A stretch of DNA of 48,564 bases from an uncultured Clostridia bacterium (GCA_944383255.1 CALWOY010000035.1:1-48564); one strand, 5' to 3'. Counted from the first letter of the stretch, positions 37,699-47,455 are shown. A program made the numbers and translations. The notes: a model not told the origin generated them from the sequence alone.

Positions 37699-37730
37699 AA
37701 AAAAACCTCTTGGAATTCCAAGAGGTTTTT
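37699..37730 (-). terminator. intrinsic terminator after tRNA-Asn
   Basis: CCTCTTGGA pairs with TCCAAGAGG (37706-37725), with a T-run on the minus strand. Confidence 0.8.
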
Positions 37731-37805
37731 TGGCGCCACGTGTCTGGTTCGAACAGACGACCTACCGGTTAACAGCCGGTTGCTCTACCGCTGAGCTAAC
37801 GAGGC
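37731..37805 (-). tRNA. tRNA-Asn(GTT)
   Basis: 75-nt cloverleaf: GCCTCGT TA GCTC AGCGGTA GAGC A ACCGG CTGTTAA CCGGT AGGTC GTCTG TTCGAAC CAGAC ACGTGGC G CCA. There is one U4-U69 mismatch. Confidence 0.9.
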
Positions 37806-37870
37806 ACATTGCTCACAAAAGCAATATAATAATATCAAAATGCGTTTTTTATGTCAACACTTTTTTTATA

Positions 37871-38380
37871 TTAGTTTAAAATTTTTAGAAATCTAATTTT
37901 AGTATAAAAATAATCTGATAATCTTTTATTATAAACATCATTTGTATGGCAAGTAACAAATATCGTTTCTAAACTTGGTGTGCCATCAATTTTGGTTATT
38001 AGTACACAATGGTTAAACATTGGCTTTCTTTGGCACAACTGTATAATATCGCCAATTTCTAATTGGTCAATAGTGGTTAACTTGCACCTTACACCCACAT
38101 TTTTATTATTCGAAACAGAATAGTTGAATAGTTGTTCAACTCCGGTAAATGCTGGTGCTCGTTTATTAAGACTATAATAGTACCAACCAAGTGGTGATAC
38201 GTCCATTTCTATTTTTCCAAGTACAAGGCACTGCGATACAAAGTTAGTACAATCTCCGCCAAGTTTATCAAAATTATAGAAGGCAGGATTTCTTTTATCC
38301 CACCAATTTTTTGCGTAATTTATTGCAAGTTGTCTATCATACACACTCTTTATATATGAAATTAAAATATATTTTGCCAA
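37871..38380 (-). CDS. putative amidase-domain protein (Amidase_6-like)
   Basis: GGDCTNFVSQCL motif, an HCVLIT motif and a CHTNDVYNKRLSDY tail. Confidence 0.7.
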   Translation of the reverse strand: MAKYILISYIKSVYDRQLAINYAKNWWDKRNPAFYNFDKLGGDCTNFVSQCLVLGKIEMDVSPLGWYYYSLNKRAPAFTGVEQLFNYSVSNNKNVGVRCKLTTIDQLEIGDIIQLCQRKPMFNHCVLITKIDGTPSLETIFVTCHTNDVYNKRLSDYFYTKIRFLKILN

Positions 38381-38751
38381 CTTGTACCCATAATTTTATG
38401 ATAGTCATCAGTTAGGTGATATATTACTTTTAAACTTGCAGTAAAATCTTCATACTGATTTACTTCTATATTTCCTTCAAGTTTTTGAATTTCGATACAA
38501 AGGTCACGCATATCCTTATGATTTGCAAAAATACACAAAACTTCTTCATGATGTATCCAAGTTTGTTTAAGGTTATCTACTTTTTCTTTTATTTCTGGAG
38601 TTTGTATGTTTTCTGTCCCAGTTGTTAAGGTTATTAGTTCATATGTCATATCTTTTATTTCATTTAAATAATTGTTGATTGTTATTTGCTCAAAAGTTAC
38701 AGCACCTGCGAGTATTAACACAACAATTAAAATTGTTATAAATTTTTTCAT
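38362..38751 (-). CDS. DUF4363-like small membrane-anchored protein
   Basis: N-terminal TM helix, and the conserved position next to a DUF421 gene. Overlaps the downstream gene by 19 nt. Confidence 0.55.
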   Translation of the reverse strand: MKKFITILIVVLILAGAVTFEQITINNYLNEIKDMTYELITLTTGTENIQTPEIKEKVDNLKQTWIHHEEVLCIFANHKDMRDLCIEIQKLEGNIEVNQYEDFTASLKVIYHLTDDYHKIMGTSWQNIF

Positions 38752-39458
38752 GATGTTCCTTTGAGATTAGTATTTATAGTCTTTGCTCTTTTATGCATTT
38801 CTTGAAAATAGACTTTACCATTGTTATCTAATGTCAAAATAAGAATTTTTTTCATTTTTACACCAAGTGAGGTAATAAAATCTTTAATTTTTTGCTCCGG
38901 CACTTTAATTTGTTGAAAATTTTCTTTAATTAGTTTGCCTTCGCTAACTATTGTGATTGGAATGGAATTCTCTTCAGATTTTATATTCATATCTCCTTTG
39001 GTTACAGGGGAGTTACTGGCTTTTGGGAGTACACTTACTTTTCCATTTGTTTCCATAATGGCAAAAAGCACTTCGTCGGGGCTAAAGTATCCCGCTGAGC
39101 GAAGTGACTCCAATATATCATCAATAGATAGGTTTAATTTTTGGACTGCCTTGTAGTCTATTCCATTTTGGTTTATTACAATTACTGGTTTACCACTAAA
39201 AACTTCACTAAATTTAGGAAAATGTTTGGACAAAATGGTAATAACATAGTGAATTACAAGCAAAGCAAGAAGTGGTACAATTCCATGTACAAGTGGAACG
39301 CTCATTTCCGCCATTGGAATGGTGGCAAGGTCGGCAAGTATAAGGGTTAAGACAAGTTCAAAAGGTTGCATTTGTCCAAGTTGTCGTTTTCCCATAAGCC
39401 TAAATACGACCAAAACAACAAAATATATAATAATAGACCTAATTATTAGTGTAAGCAT
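38748..39458 (-). CDS. DUF421 (YetF-family) membrane protein
   Basis: FRLMGKRQLGQMQPFELVLTLILADLA N-terminus. ATGA overlap with the next gene. Confidence 0.85.
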   Translation of the reverse strand: MLTLIIRSIIIYFVVLVVFRLMGKRQLGQMQPFELVLTLILADLATIPMAEMSVPLVHGIVPLLALLVIHYVITILSKHFPKFSEVFSGKPVIVINQNGIDYKAVQKLNLSIDDILESLRSAGYFSPDEVLFAIMETNGKVSVLPKASNSPVTKGDMNIKSEENSIPITIVSEGKLIKENFQQIKVPEQKIKDFITSLGVKMKKILILTLDNNGKVYFQEMHKRAKTINTNLKGTS

Positions 39459-39486
39459 ATAAAAATTATTGCTTATTTCAATATTT

Positions 39487-41022
39487 TTAAACTTTTTTCT
39501 TGCGATGGTGTAATTTTATTGGATTATTTTGTTTAACCCAGACCATTACGGTATGTAATTCAAAGATGTTAAATACAAGGCAAAGTAGCACAAAGAATAG
39601 TACACCTAAAGAACATGTAATGACTAAATTAAAGAAAAGTGGTATAAAAGCACCAAGCAAACTTCCCACGAAGCTACAAAGTGCAATCACTGGGATGGAA
39701 ATAAGAGTAAATTTAAAAAAGTATTTGCTGATTTTAAGCGATGGACATACTTGTTTTTTAATCATTCTAATATTTAAAATTGCTGAGGTTGCAAAACATC
39801 CTCCCATTGCCCAAATAAGTGCATTTATGCCCACATATTTTGGTAAGAACCATATGCATAGTAGCATTATGATGGCACCAAGAATATAGTTTTTAAATGA
39901 TTTTAGTTCTAGGCCAACAGCATTTAAAATTGATGATGATATGTTTGTAAGACATAGTGGAATTATTATCCATGCCGATGCACTAAGTAATATTCCACTT
40001 GTTGCGTTATCGTAGAAAAATACTCCAATTTGTTCACCAACGCCCATAAATATTGGTGCAATCAAAAATGCAACAAACATTGAAAAAACAATAGATGTCG
40101 TGACACGTGAAGAGATATATTTATCATCATTTTTTGCTGTTGCGCTCGCAAGGTCTGGTACAAGCGCAAAAGACAGCGAACCAATAATGGTCATAGGGAT
40201 AAACAATAGTGGCATAGTCATTCCAGAGGCTATTCCATAAAGACTTAGTGCTTGTGCGTTTGTATAACCGCTAGCAACTAATCTTAAAGGTATAATTAAA
40301 GCAATAACAGGCTGAATCATACTTGATGCCACGCGCATAAACGTAATTGGAGAACTTGTTTTTAGTACTTCTACATACTGAGTTTTTTGAGGTTTATAAA
40401 ACCTTCCACCATTTTTTAAATACCAAATGAGTACATAAATGCTGGAGAATACGCAAGCAATACTAAGTGATAATGCCGCTCCTATTTCGCCAGATATTGC
40501 TGGGAAGATGCCTGAAAGTAATATCATACATACAATCATTCGTACAACTTGTTCAAAAAGTTCACTACTACAGCATGCAAGATAGTTGTTTTTACCCCAT
40601 AAATTTCCTCTAAGTGTACTATAAATGCTTGAGAATACCAGGGCAGGCAAAAGTACTAAAAGTATGATTATACAACTATCGTCTGCAAAGATATGTGAAA
40701 TTGGTTTGTTAAGTACTATTACTAAAAGTGCAATTACAATACTTATAATAAGTGCAAGAATAAGGGCGGTTGTGACAACTTTATTCTCAGTTTTTTTGTC
40801 CTTGTTTGTTATGCACTTTGCGGTCATTCTGGAAACAATAAGTGGTATTCCACTTGATACAAGTGTCAAAAGGACTGTAAAAATAGAGAAACTTATTTGA
40901 TAAACTCCAAGTGCTTCTGCACCAATTGTGCGTGAAAGCCAAATACGAAAAATAAAGCCAAGCAGTCTTGTAAGACCACTGAAAATTATAATTACAAAAA
41001 CAGTTTTGAATAAAGATTTCAT
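39487..41022 (-). CDS. MOP-superfamily flippase (SpoVB/MurJ-like polysaccharide biosynthesis protein)
   Basis: About 14 hydrophobic segments. The N-terminus is LTRLLGFIFRIWLSRTIGAEALGVYQ. Confidence 0.8.
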   Translation of the reverse strand: MKSLFKTVFVIIIFSGLTRLLGFIFRIWLSRTIGAEALGVYQISFSIFTVLLTLVSSGIPLIVSRMTAKCITNKDKKTENKVVTTALILALIISIVIALLVIVLNKPISHIFADDSCIIILLVLLPALVFSSIYSTLRGNLWGKNNYLACCSSELFEQVVRMIVCMILLSGIFPAISGEIGAALSLSIACVFSSIYVLIWYLKNGGRFYKPQKTQYVEVLKTSSPITFMRVASSMIQPVIALIIPLRLVASGYTNAQALSLYGIASGMTMPLLFIPMTIIGSLSFALVPDLASATAKNDDKYISSRVTTSIVFSMFVAFLIAPIFMGVGEQIGVFFYDNATSGILLSASAWIIIPLCLTNISSSILNAVGLELKSFKNYILGAIIMLLCIWFLPKYVGINALIWAMGGCFATSAILNIRMIKKQVCPSLKISKYFFKFTLISIPVIALCSFVGSLLGAFIPLFFNLVITCSLGVLFFVLLCLVFNIFELHTVMVWVKQNNPIKLHHRKKKV

Positions 41023-41052
41023 ATCATATCATATTTTAAGGAGGCAAAATTT

Positions 41053-41346
41053 ATGCAAATTACGACAAAATCTAATCTGTTTTATAAAGTAAAAAATGGA
41101 GATACATTGACACAAATTTGTCAAAAATTTAAAGTTGATGAATATTCGCTTAAAGTTATCAATAAAACTTCACGAATAGACCCCTTAGATATTATTTTAA
41201 TTCCAAAATCTTATGAACATATGTATGTTGTAAAACCACTTGATACCTATGAAAAAATAGCAAGAGAACTTGGTGTGAGTGTAGAAAAAATCAAAGAAGT
41301 GACAAAAGGTAAAAAAATGTTCATAGGACAAAGAATTGTTTTTTAA
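41053..41346 (+). CDS. protein with two LysM domains
   Basis: YKVKNGDTLTQICQKF and YVVKPLDTYEKIAREL repeats. AAGGAGG RBS. Confidence 0.8.
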   Translation: MQITTKSNLFYKVKNGDTLTQICQKFKVDEYSLKVINKTSRIDPLDIILIPKSYEHMYVVKPLDTYEKIARELGVSVEKIKEVTKGKKMFIGQRIVF

Positions 41347-41351
41347 AATAG

Positions 41352-41380
41352 TTGACTTAGTCAACAAAATGATATATATT
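41352..41380 (+). promoter_or_regulatory. sigma-A type promoter with a palindromic -35 region, possibly giving a leaderless mRNA
   Basis: TTGACT (41352-41357), a 17-nt spacer, then TATATT (41375-41380). The ATG at 41387 is 7 nt after the -10. TTGACTTAGTCAA is a 13-bp palindrome. Confidence 0.5.
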
Positions 41381-41386
41381 TAGGTT

Positions 41387-42547
41387 ATGATAGAAATAAA
41401 AGAAGTAAAAACAGCAAAGCAAAGGAAACTTTTTGTAGATTTTCCTACCAAACTATATAAAGGCGTAAAGCAGTATGTCCATCCACTAAGGTCTAGTGAA
41501 CTTGAACTTTTTAATCCTAAAAAGAATGTATCGTTTGAAGATTGCGAGGCGGTATATTTTTTGGCGTATAAAGATGGTGAACTTGTAGGTAGAATCGCAG
41601 GAATAATACAAAGACTTTACAACAAAAAAGTAAATGAGAAACGTGTTCGTTTTACTCGTTTTGACTGTATAAATGATAAAGAAGTTGCAAAGGCACTTTT
41701 TGAAAGTGTTGAAAATTGGGCAAGACAAAAGGGAATGAATATTGTCCATGGGCCAATGGGCTTTAATGACCTAGATCGTGAGGGTATGCTTATTGAAGGG
41801 TTTGATGAAATCGCAACTTTTGAAGAAGCATATAATTATGAATATTATAAAGATTTAATGGAATATTGTGGCTATTCAAAAGAAATTGACTGGATAGAAT
41901 TTAAACTTACAATTCCAGAGCAAATTGATCCAAAAATAAATGCCGTTGCGGACGCTGTAATGAAAAAATACCATTTAAAAAATGCAGAGAAGAAGTCAAA
42001 GAGTGCATTTATAAGGCGTTACAGAAAAGATATATTCCATCTTTTAGACGAAGCATATGGACCACTTTATGGAGTTGTTCCATATACAGATAAGGTAAGA
42101 GATCAAGTTATTGATCAATTTAGATTGTTTATAAGTCTTGACTTTATGAGCGTAATTGTTGATGAGAATGATGAGGTTGTTGCCTTTGGTTTTGGTATCC
42201 CATCTTTAAGTGAAGTGATAAATAAATACGAAGGTAAGTTAAACTTAAAAAGCATTTTCCCATTACTCAAAGCAATTAAACATCCAATTGAACTGGATTT
42301 GGCACTTATTGCGGTAAAACCACAATGGCAATCACGAGGTGTCCCCGCACTTATTATAAGAGAGATGCTTTCAAGTTTTATTAAACGAGGTATACAAACT
42401 TGTGAAACTAATTTAAATCTTGAAAACAATGTACATATTCAACAACTTTGGAAACATTTTGAACATCGTCAACACAAACGTCGTAGGTCTTGGATTAAAC
42501 GTTTGGATGAAGAGTCAACTTTAGAACAAGTCAATGAAGATAAATAA
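41387..42547 (+). CDS. GNAT-like N-acetyltransferase family protein
   Basis: C-terminal acetyl-CoA motif-like WQSRGVPALIIREM. The N-terminus is typical of a conserved uncharacterised acyltransferase family (from memory). Confidence 0.5.
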   Translation: MIEIKEVKTAKQRKLFVDFPTKLYKGVKQYVHPLRSSELELFNPKKNVSFEDCEAVYFLAYKDGELVGRIAGIIQRLYNKKVNEKRVRFTRFDCINDKEVAKALFESVENWARQKGMNIVHGPMGFNDLDREGMLIEGFDEIATFEEAYNYEYYKDLMEYCGYSKEIDWIEFKLTIPEQIDPKINAVADAVMKKYHLKNAEKKSKSAFIRRYRKDIFHLLDEAYGPLYGVVPYTDKVRDQVIDQFRLFISLDFMSVIVDENDEVVAFGFGIPSLSEVINKYEGKLNLKSIFPLLKAIKHPIELDLALIAVKPQWQSRGVPALIIREMLSSFIKRGIQTCETNLNLENNVHIQQLWKHFEHRQHKRRRSWIKRLDEESTLEQVNEDK

Positions 42548-42619
42548 AAAATTAAAAAAGCATTAACATTTAGTTTTTGCTTTTTTATTTTTTTTGTTAT
42601 ACTAAATTTGAGGTACATT

Positions 42620-44089
42620 TTGGAAGAAGAAATAAAAGAAACAAGTTTTCCGTCAAATGAAATAAATGATGAAATAAAAATCAATAATGAAAATGACGGA
42701 AATAACTTAGAAAATAATAAAAATAATAAAAAAAAGTCAGTTTTTTTGCAGAAAATTGATAAATTTTTTAAAATTTCCGAGCGTGGAAGTTCATTTAAAA
42801 AAGAGTTTTTGGGTGGACTTGTCAATTTCATGGTTATAAGTTATATCATGGTTGTTATTCCTGGACTTTTTAGTGGTGTTGGTGCTGAAGGCCTTTGGAA
42901 AGCATTGTTTGTTGCTACAATTCTTACAACAATTTTAGCAACACTTTGTATGGCACTTTGGGCTAATCTTCCAATAATTTTAGCACCTGGTATCGGGGTT
43001 GCCAGTTTTGTAGTTGGGCTAATTGAAAGTGGACAGTATTCATATAGTCAAGCGATGTCTATATCATTTTTGGCGGGTGTGTTGTTTGTAATTATTACAA
43101 TTACTGGATTAAGACAAAAAATAGTAAATGCAATACCTTCTTCAATAAAACTTGCTATACCAATTGGTGTTGGTTTGTTTATTTTAAATGTAGGTCTTTC
43201 ATCTTCAAATAGTGGAATATTAGATTTACTTTCAGGAAATGCCACGGGCTTTTCTGCTATTGTGGCTGTGGTAAGTTTTCTTATTATGGCTATTTTGTAT
43301 GTAAAAAATATTAAAGGTGCAATATTTTATGGCATTTTGGGTGGGACACTACTAGATATTATTATTAAATTTTGCGTAGGGACAAATCCTTTTGAAGTAC
43401 TTTGGACAAATAGTTTTTTGCCACCCTTTAAGGAAATGTTTGAATATAGTTTTTTACAATTTGATTTTGCAGGACTATTTACTGGTAATATTTTTACAGC
43501 AGTTACTAGTGTAATTCTTACGGTTTTCGCAGTTGTGCTTATGGATCTTTTTGATACGGTTGGGACTCTTCTTGCCACTGCTCAAAAAGGCAATCTGTTA
43601 GATGAAAAGGGCAATGTGATAAATCAAAGTAGGGCAATGATGATTGACGGTTCTGGTGCTGTTGTTAGTTCTTGTCTTGGTATACCAAATGCTTCTAGTT
43701 ATGTTGAAAGCACATCGGGTATAGCGAGTGGTGCAAGAACGGGGCTGAGCGGACTTTGGACCTGCCTGTTTTTTGCGCTCTCGTTATTTATAAGTCCAAT
43801 AGTGATGCTTATACCTGTGTATGCCACAGCACCAGCACTAATTTTGGTGGGTATTTTAATGTTTGATGGTGTAAATAAACTTGATTTTAAAGATCTTACG
43901 GTTGCTATTCCTGCGGTGCTTACAATAATAATTATGCCACTTTCAAATAATATAAGTATCGGAATTGCTGTGGGCTTAATCGCTTATACATTTATTATGC
44001 TTATGACTGGACAATTTGAAAAGATAAATGTGTTTACTTATGTTATTACAATACTTTTCTTGGTTTATTTTATAACGCAATACATATAA
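42620..44089 (+). CDS. NCS2/AzgA-family purine permease
   Basis: FKISERGSSFKKEFLGGLVNFMVISYIMVV is the hallmark N-terminus, followed by about 12 TM helices. The start is uncertain: TTG 42620 lies 6 nt after GAGG, while TTG 42608 has no RBS. Confidence 0.85.
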   Translation: MEEEIKETSFPSNEINDEIKINNENDGNNLENNKNNKKKSVFLQKIDKFFKISERGSSFKKEFLGGLVNFMVISYIMVVIPGLFSGVGAEGLWKALFVATILTTILATLCMALWANLPIILAPGIGVASFVVGLIESGQYSYSQAMSISFLAGVLFVIITITGLRQKIVNAIPSSIKLAIPIGVGLFILNVGLSSSNSGILDLLSGNATGFSAIVAVVSFLIMAILYVKNIKGAIFYGILGGTLLDIIIKFCVGTNPFEVLWTNSFLPPFKEMFEYSFLQFDFAGLFTGNIFTAVTSVILTVFAVVLMDLFDTVGTLLATAQKGNLLDEKGNVINQSRAMMIDGSGAVVSSCLGIPNASSYVESTSGIASGARTGLSGLWTCLFFALSLFISPIVMLIPVYATAPALILVGILMFDGVNKLDFKDLTVAIPAVLTIIIMPLSNNISIGIAVGLIAYTFIMLMTGQFEKINVFTYVITILFLVYFITQYI

Positions 44090-44098
44090 AGTATAAAA

Positions 44099-44449
44099 TT
44101 ATATCAATATAAAAAACACTATGCTTGTTATTAGTGTCAACAAGGTTACAACCAATGTTATAATTTTCCAAATTCTTTGTGTTTTTGCAAATATTAAAGA
44201 CAAACAGGTTAATATTGTGGCTACTGCACCAAAAAATAAACTTGGCACACCAAAATACGCAATAAAAATAATAAGTCCAAGTGTCGTCCCAAATATCTCA
44301 TCCGTTTCGGCTGTTAAAAAAGAACTGGCGACAATTACCCAAAATATTGTTAAAATCAAGCAAATGATACTTGTAACGATTCCAATAATCCATAATACTT
44401 TGCTTGTTTTTTCCTTTTTAATGGTTTTGGTATCTTGTGCAATTTCCAT
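44099..44449 (-). CDS. small integral membrane protein (3-4 TM helices)
   Basis: AAGGAGG RBS, and hydrophobic throughout. Confidence 0.7.
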   Translation of the reverse strand: MEIAQDTKTIKKEKTSKVLWIIGIVTSIICLILTIFWVIVASSFLTAETDEIFGTTLGLIIFIAYFGVPSLFFGAVATILTCLSLIFAKTQRIWKIITLVVTLLTLITSIVFFILI

Positions 44450-44512
44450 ATTAGCCTCCTTTTTTAAACTATGATAACATTTAATTAAAAGTTTTCAAAC
44501 AAAAAATAGATA

Positions 44513-44547
44513 AAACAAAAAATCACATCCAAGAAGGTGTGATTTTT
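44513..44547 (-). terminator. terminator after the phosphoesterase/Zn-ribbon operon
   Basis: On the minus strand ATCACACC pairs with GGATGTGAT, followed by a T-run. Confidence 0.7.
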
Positions 44548-44556
44548 AAAAACTAT

Positions 44557-44769
44557 TTAATTAGATAATCTATTTGTAATCTGACCTAAAATTTTTAGTG
44601 TTGTTTCGTCATTTACAGTTCTTGTGAGTGCTGCTACTAATTTAAGTTGTGCTTTTTTTTCTTTGTTGTGCTCAACTTCTCTGCCTTTTTCAGTTAACGG
44701 TTCAGAGCAGTAAGGGCAAAAATTGAAATCACCTTCAATGTCGGCATTGCAAAAAGGGCATTTATCCAT
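44557..44769 (-). CDS. zinc-ribbon protein with a helical tail
   Basis: CPFC...CPYC motifs. A GGAG RBS lies inside the end of the upstream gene, with a 2-nt gap to the upstream stop. Confidence 0.7.
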   Translation of the reverse strand: MDKCPFCNADIEGDFNFCPYCSEPLTEKGREVEHNKEKKAQLKLVAALTRTVNDETTLKILGQITNRLSN

Positions 44770-44771
44770 AG

Positions 44772-45956
44772 TTATTCTCCTTTTTCACTATCTAATAATT
44801 TTTTGTAATTTGGCTGATTTTGATATACTTTTGCAAGTTTCTCATCAATTGCTTTTTTAGCAGCGTCAGCAAGAATTTGTATTTCTTGTTGCTGTTTAGC
44901 AATTCTTTTTTCAACTGCATATGTTTTTGGGTCAGTAAAGTTGGTTGTGCGGGCTATTTCTACTTTGTGATTTGCATCACCTAAAACCAATGTAAATGAG
45001 TTGTAACCTTTTGTTGAAACTGTTGGTACATAACTTTTGGTTGCATCTTTGTATCTAGCAAGACCAGAAGAGAATATAACATTTGAGTAACTGCCAACAG
45101 CATTTTCTGATGGAACAAATATATAGTCTGCTTCAGCAAGTTCTCCATGTTGATTTTGTGCTGCACGCTTGTTTCCTTGCATTGTTTTTGATGTGGTTTT
45201 TAAATTTGTGTGCACAGAGATGTCATAGTAATATGTTTTATCCGCTGTTATACGTTTTATATTAAATACTTTTTTTACTCCAGGAACATATGAAATTTTA
45301 ACTTTTTTTGTCTGCCCGCTGATCGTTTCCACAGCATAGTCTAATAGTATACTATTAAAATTGTCCATCAGTGCATCATCGAGTATATCACGATTAAGTT
45401 TTCTTTTGGCTTGGTGTTCATCGCGCCCGTTCATAAGAATGATTTCATCGGCACCATTTTTTGCAACATAAAAAAGATAATCAATGAGTTTATCAATGCG
45501 TTTCTGAAGACCCCAGAATAATATCTTTTTATTTTCTATAGAAGCATTTTGTAAACTTGTTATATTAAATTCCTTACCAATAACATCGCCACTAAAAAAC
45601 ACTAAAGTTTTATCGCTAGGATTTTTGTTTCCAAGTGCTGATTTAATTGCTTTAAATGAAGTCATATCCTCAACACCTTTTTGTGGGTTGGACATATCAT
45701 AAAGATTGAAATCATGTAAAAACACTATGTGTAAATTTTTCTGACCGCGCACAACTATGTCATTGTCCCAAACGAGAGGTATGTCTTTGCGTTTTACTTG
45801 TTGAATATATTCACGCGTTCCAGCAGGTGAGGCATTTGCTACTTCATCATTGGTTGCAAGATTGACTTTTCCAAATTTGTCACCTGTTAGTGCATACCAT
45901 AAATCAACTATATCATTTTGTTTTTGCTGATTATTTTTTGGGTTTAAATCTTGCAT
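44772..45956 (-). CDS. degenerate metallophosphoesterase-like paralog
   Basis: Motif-like positions at spacing similar to the neighbour, but with substituted metal ligands: VFLHDFN, FFSGDVIG, LMNGRDEH. TAATG overlap with the upstream gene. Confidence 0.6.
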   Translation of the reverse strand: MQDLNPKNNQQKQNDIVDLWYALTGDKFGKVNLATNDEVANASPAGTREYIQQVKRKDIPLVWDNDIVVRGQKNLHIVFLHDFNLYDMSNPQKGVEDMTSFKAIKSALGNKNPSDKTLVFFSGDVIGKEFNITSLQNASIENKKILFWGLQKRIDKLIDYLFYVAKNGADEIILMNGRDEHQAKRKLNRDILDDALMDNFNSILLDYAVETISGQTKKVKISYVPGVKKVFNIKRITADKTYYYDISVHTNLKTTSKTMQGNKRAAQNQHGELAEADYIFVPSENAVGSYSNVIFSSGLARYKDATKSYVPTVSTKGYNSFTLVLGDANHKVEIARTTNFTDPKTYAVEKRIAKQQQEIQILADAAKKAIDEKLAKVYQNQPNYKKLLDSEKGE

Positions 45957-47095
45957 TACATTTCCCTCCCATTGTTTAAGCTTTCTGTTTTCTTCTTTAA
46001 TTCTGTCGTTATTTTTTCCAAAGGTTTCTTTGACCAGTTACTTTCATAATTTTTGTTTATTTCAAGTGCATATTTTTTCTGATACATTTTAAGTAACATA
46101 CTTGGTTCATCAGCATCTTGCGCCAGGGCATTAAATGCGTTTATGCATGGCTTATATTTTGGTTCTTCTGTTGATTTGTCATGTGTATAATACGGATTTA
46201 GTTGCCAACTAAGGTCATAAACTCTAAGATTTGTTTTTTGACCAAACATATTTTGAGAACCATATATTGTCGACCCATTTTGGAAAGAATAGCCCATACC
46301 AATATAAACTTCGTGATTTTTGTCGCCAAGTCGTTTTCCATTTTTATCATAAACTGGGACTGGTACAGTATATAACGCCTCTTGACCTTGGTGTAGGTGT
46401 TCTATCATAATTCCGTCTAATAGTAGTCCAGTTTCTTCTTTAACAATATTGACGAGTCTAAGTGCTTTATCTAAACTGCCAGCATCATGAATAAATAAAT
46501 AGTTTTGATACTTAACTTCATGTGTATCAGGTGTGAGAAGAGGTATGCTATATATAAGTCCGTAAGGAACATAGTCCACGCCAAGAGCATCTGCAATATG
46601 ATGAGAAATTGAAGTGTCATTTTGTTTATTTCTATTGCCATACTCAGCGTCATGATTTCCGCCAAGAATAGCAACAATTTTTGATTTAACATCTCTGTCA
46701 TTAAGCAAGTCATATACAACTTCTGGTGATTCGCTTGGTCTAACACGATTTCCAAAACTGTTTGTTGCACAATTTGGATTATTATTAGCATTATCAACAC
46801 TATCACCACCGATGTAAATATGTGCATTAAAACATTTTGCTACCTCATTTATTGCCAATTTACATCTTTTAGCATCAAAACCTTGACCCCCGGCATGAAT
46901 GTCAGTGACAGTTGCAAGTAACACATGTGAGTTTACATTCATGGCTTGTTTTTTAATAAATCTAATTTCATCAGAACGCTCATCTTGACTTCTTTCAAGT
47001 ATATAATCTTTTTTAGCATCAAGTTCATTTCTATCAGTCATCAAACGAGGATTGTTCGTGTCCTGTGTGAAATTTTCACTTTTTTTAAAAGCCAT
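45956..47095 (-). CDS. calcineurin-like metallophosphoesterase with a full motif set
   Basis: Motifs VTDIHAG (DxH), IGGDSVDN (GDxxD), LGGNHDAEY (GNHD), FIHDAG and IEHLHQG (HxH). AGGAGG RBS. Confidence 0.75.
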   Translation of the reverse strand: MAFKKSENFTQDTNNPRLMTDRNELDAKKDYILERSQDERSDEIRFIKKQAMNVNSHVLLATVTDIHAGGQGFDAKRCKLAINEVAKCFNAHIYIGGDSVDNANNNPNCATNSFGNRVRPSESPEVVYDLLNDRDVKSKIVAILGGNHDAEYGNRNKQNDTSISHHIADALGVDYVPYGLIYSIPLLTPDTHEVKYQNYLFIHDAGSLDKALRLVNIVKEETGLLLDGIMIEHLHQGQEALYTVPVPVYDKNGKRLGDKNHEVYIGMGYSFQNGSTIYGSQNMFGQKTNLRVYDLSWQLNPYYTHDKSTEEPKYKPCINAFNALAQDADEPSMLLKMYQKKYALEINKNYESNWSKKPLEKITTELKKKTESLNNGREM

Positions 47096-47119
47096 TTTTC
47101 CTCCTTTATTTCCGAATTA

Positions 47120-47148
47120 AGTCTACCACAATAGGCGATTTGTGTCAA
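47120..47148 (-). promoter_or_regulatory. sigma-A type promoter of the phosphoesterase operon
   Basis: On the minus strand: TTGACA (47148-47143), a 17-nt spacer, then TAGACT (47125-47120). Confidence 0.55.
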
Positions 47149-47293
47149 TATACTATATGTTGCATAGTAGGGTAAATGGTAACAATATGTGGACTATATG
47201 ATTTTATAGTTTAAATAATAATTTTTAATTTTGTATAATTAACTTGACTTTTTAAAAAAATTTTGTTAGCATTTCAAAGTTGACATAAAATAG

Positions 47294-47368
47294 TGGGGTA
47301 TCGCCAAGCGGTAAGGCATTGGACTCTGACTCCAACATCCGTAGGTTCGAATCCTACTACCCCAGCCA
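47294..47368 (+). tRNA. tRNA-Gln(CTG)
   Basis: TGGGGTA TC GCCAAGCGGTAAGGC A TTGGA CTCTGAC TCCAA CATCC GTAGG TTCGAAT CCTAC TACCCCA G CCA. Confidence 0.9.
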
Positions 47369-47414
47369 TTTTTTGGGTAAAAATAAAATTATGTAAAATT
47401 TGTCAAAAAAAGTC

Positions 47415-47443
47415 TTTACTTTTTTGTTCAAGTTATATATAAT
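47415..47443 (+). promoter_or_regulatory. promoter of the second tRNA-Gln / tRNA-Lys unit
   Basis: TTTACT (47415-47420), a 17-nt spacer, then TATAAT (47438-47443), 12 nt before the tRNA. Confidence 0.55.
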
Positions 47444-47455
47444 GAACATCGACAT

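Noticed and set aside
37676-37879. 67-aa ORF, together with 47357-47542 and 47570-47797
   Set aside because: They overlap tRNA-Asn, tRNA-Gln and tRNA-Lys sequences on one strand or the other.
47280-47285. TTGACA hexamer as the tRNA-Gln promoter -35
   Set aside because: It lies only 8 nt upstream of the tRNA 5-prime end, so no -10 can fit. The weaker TTGACT/TAGCAT pair at 47244-47272 is better placed.
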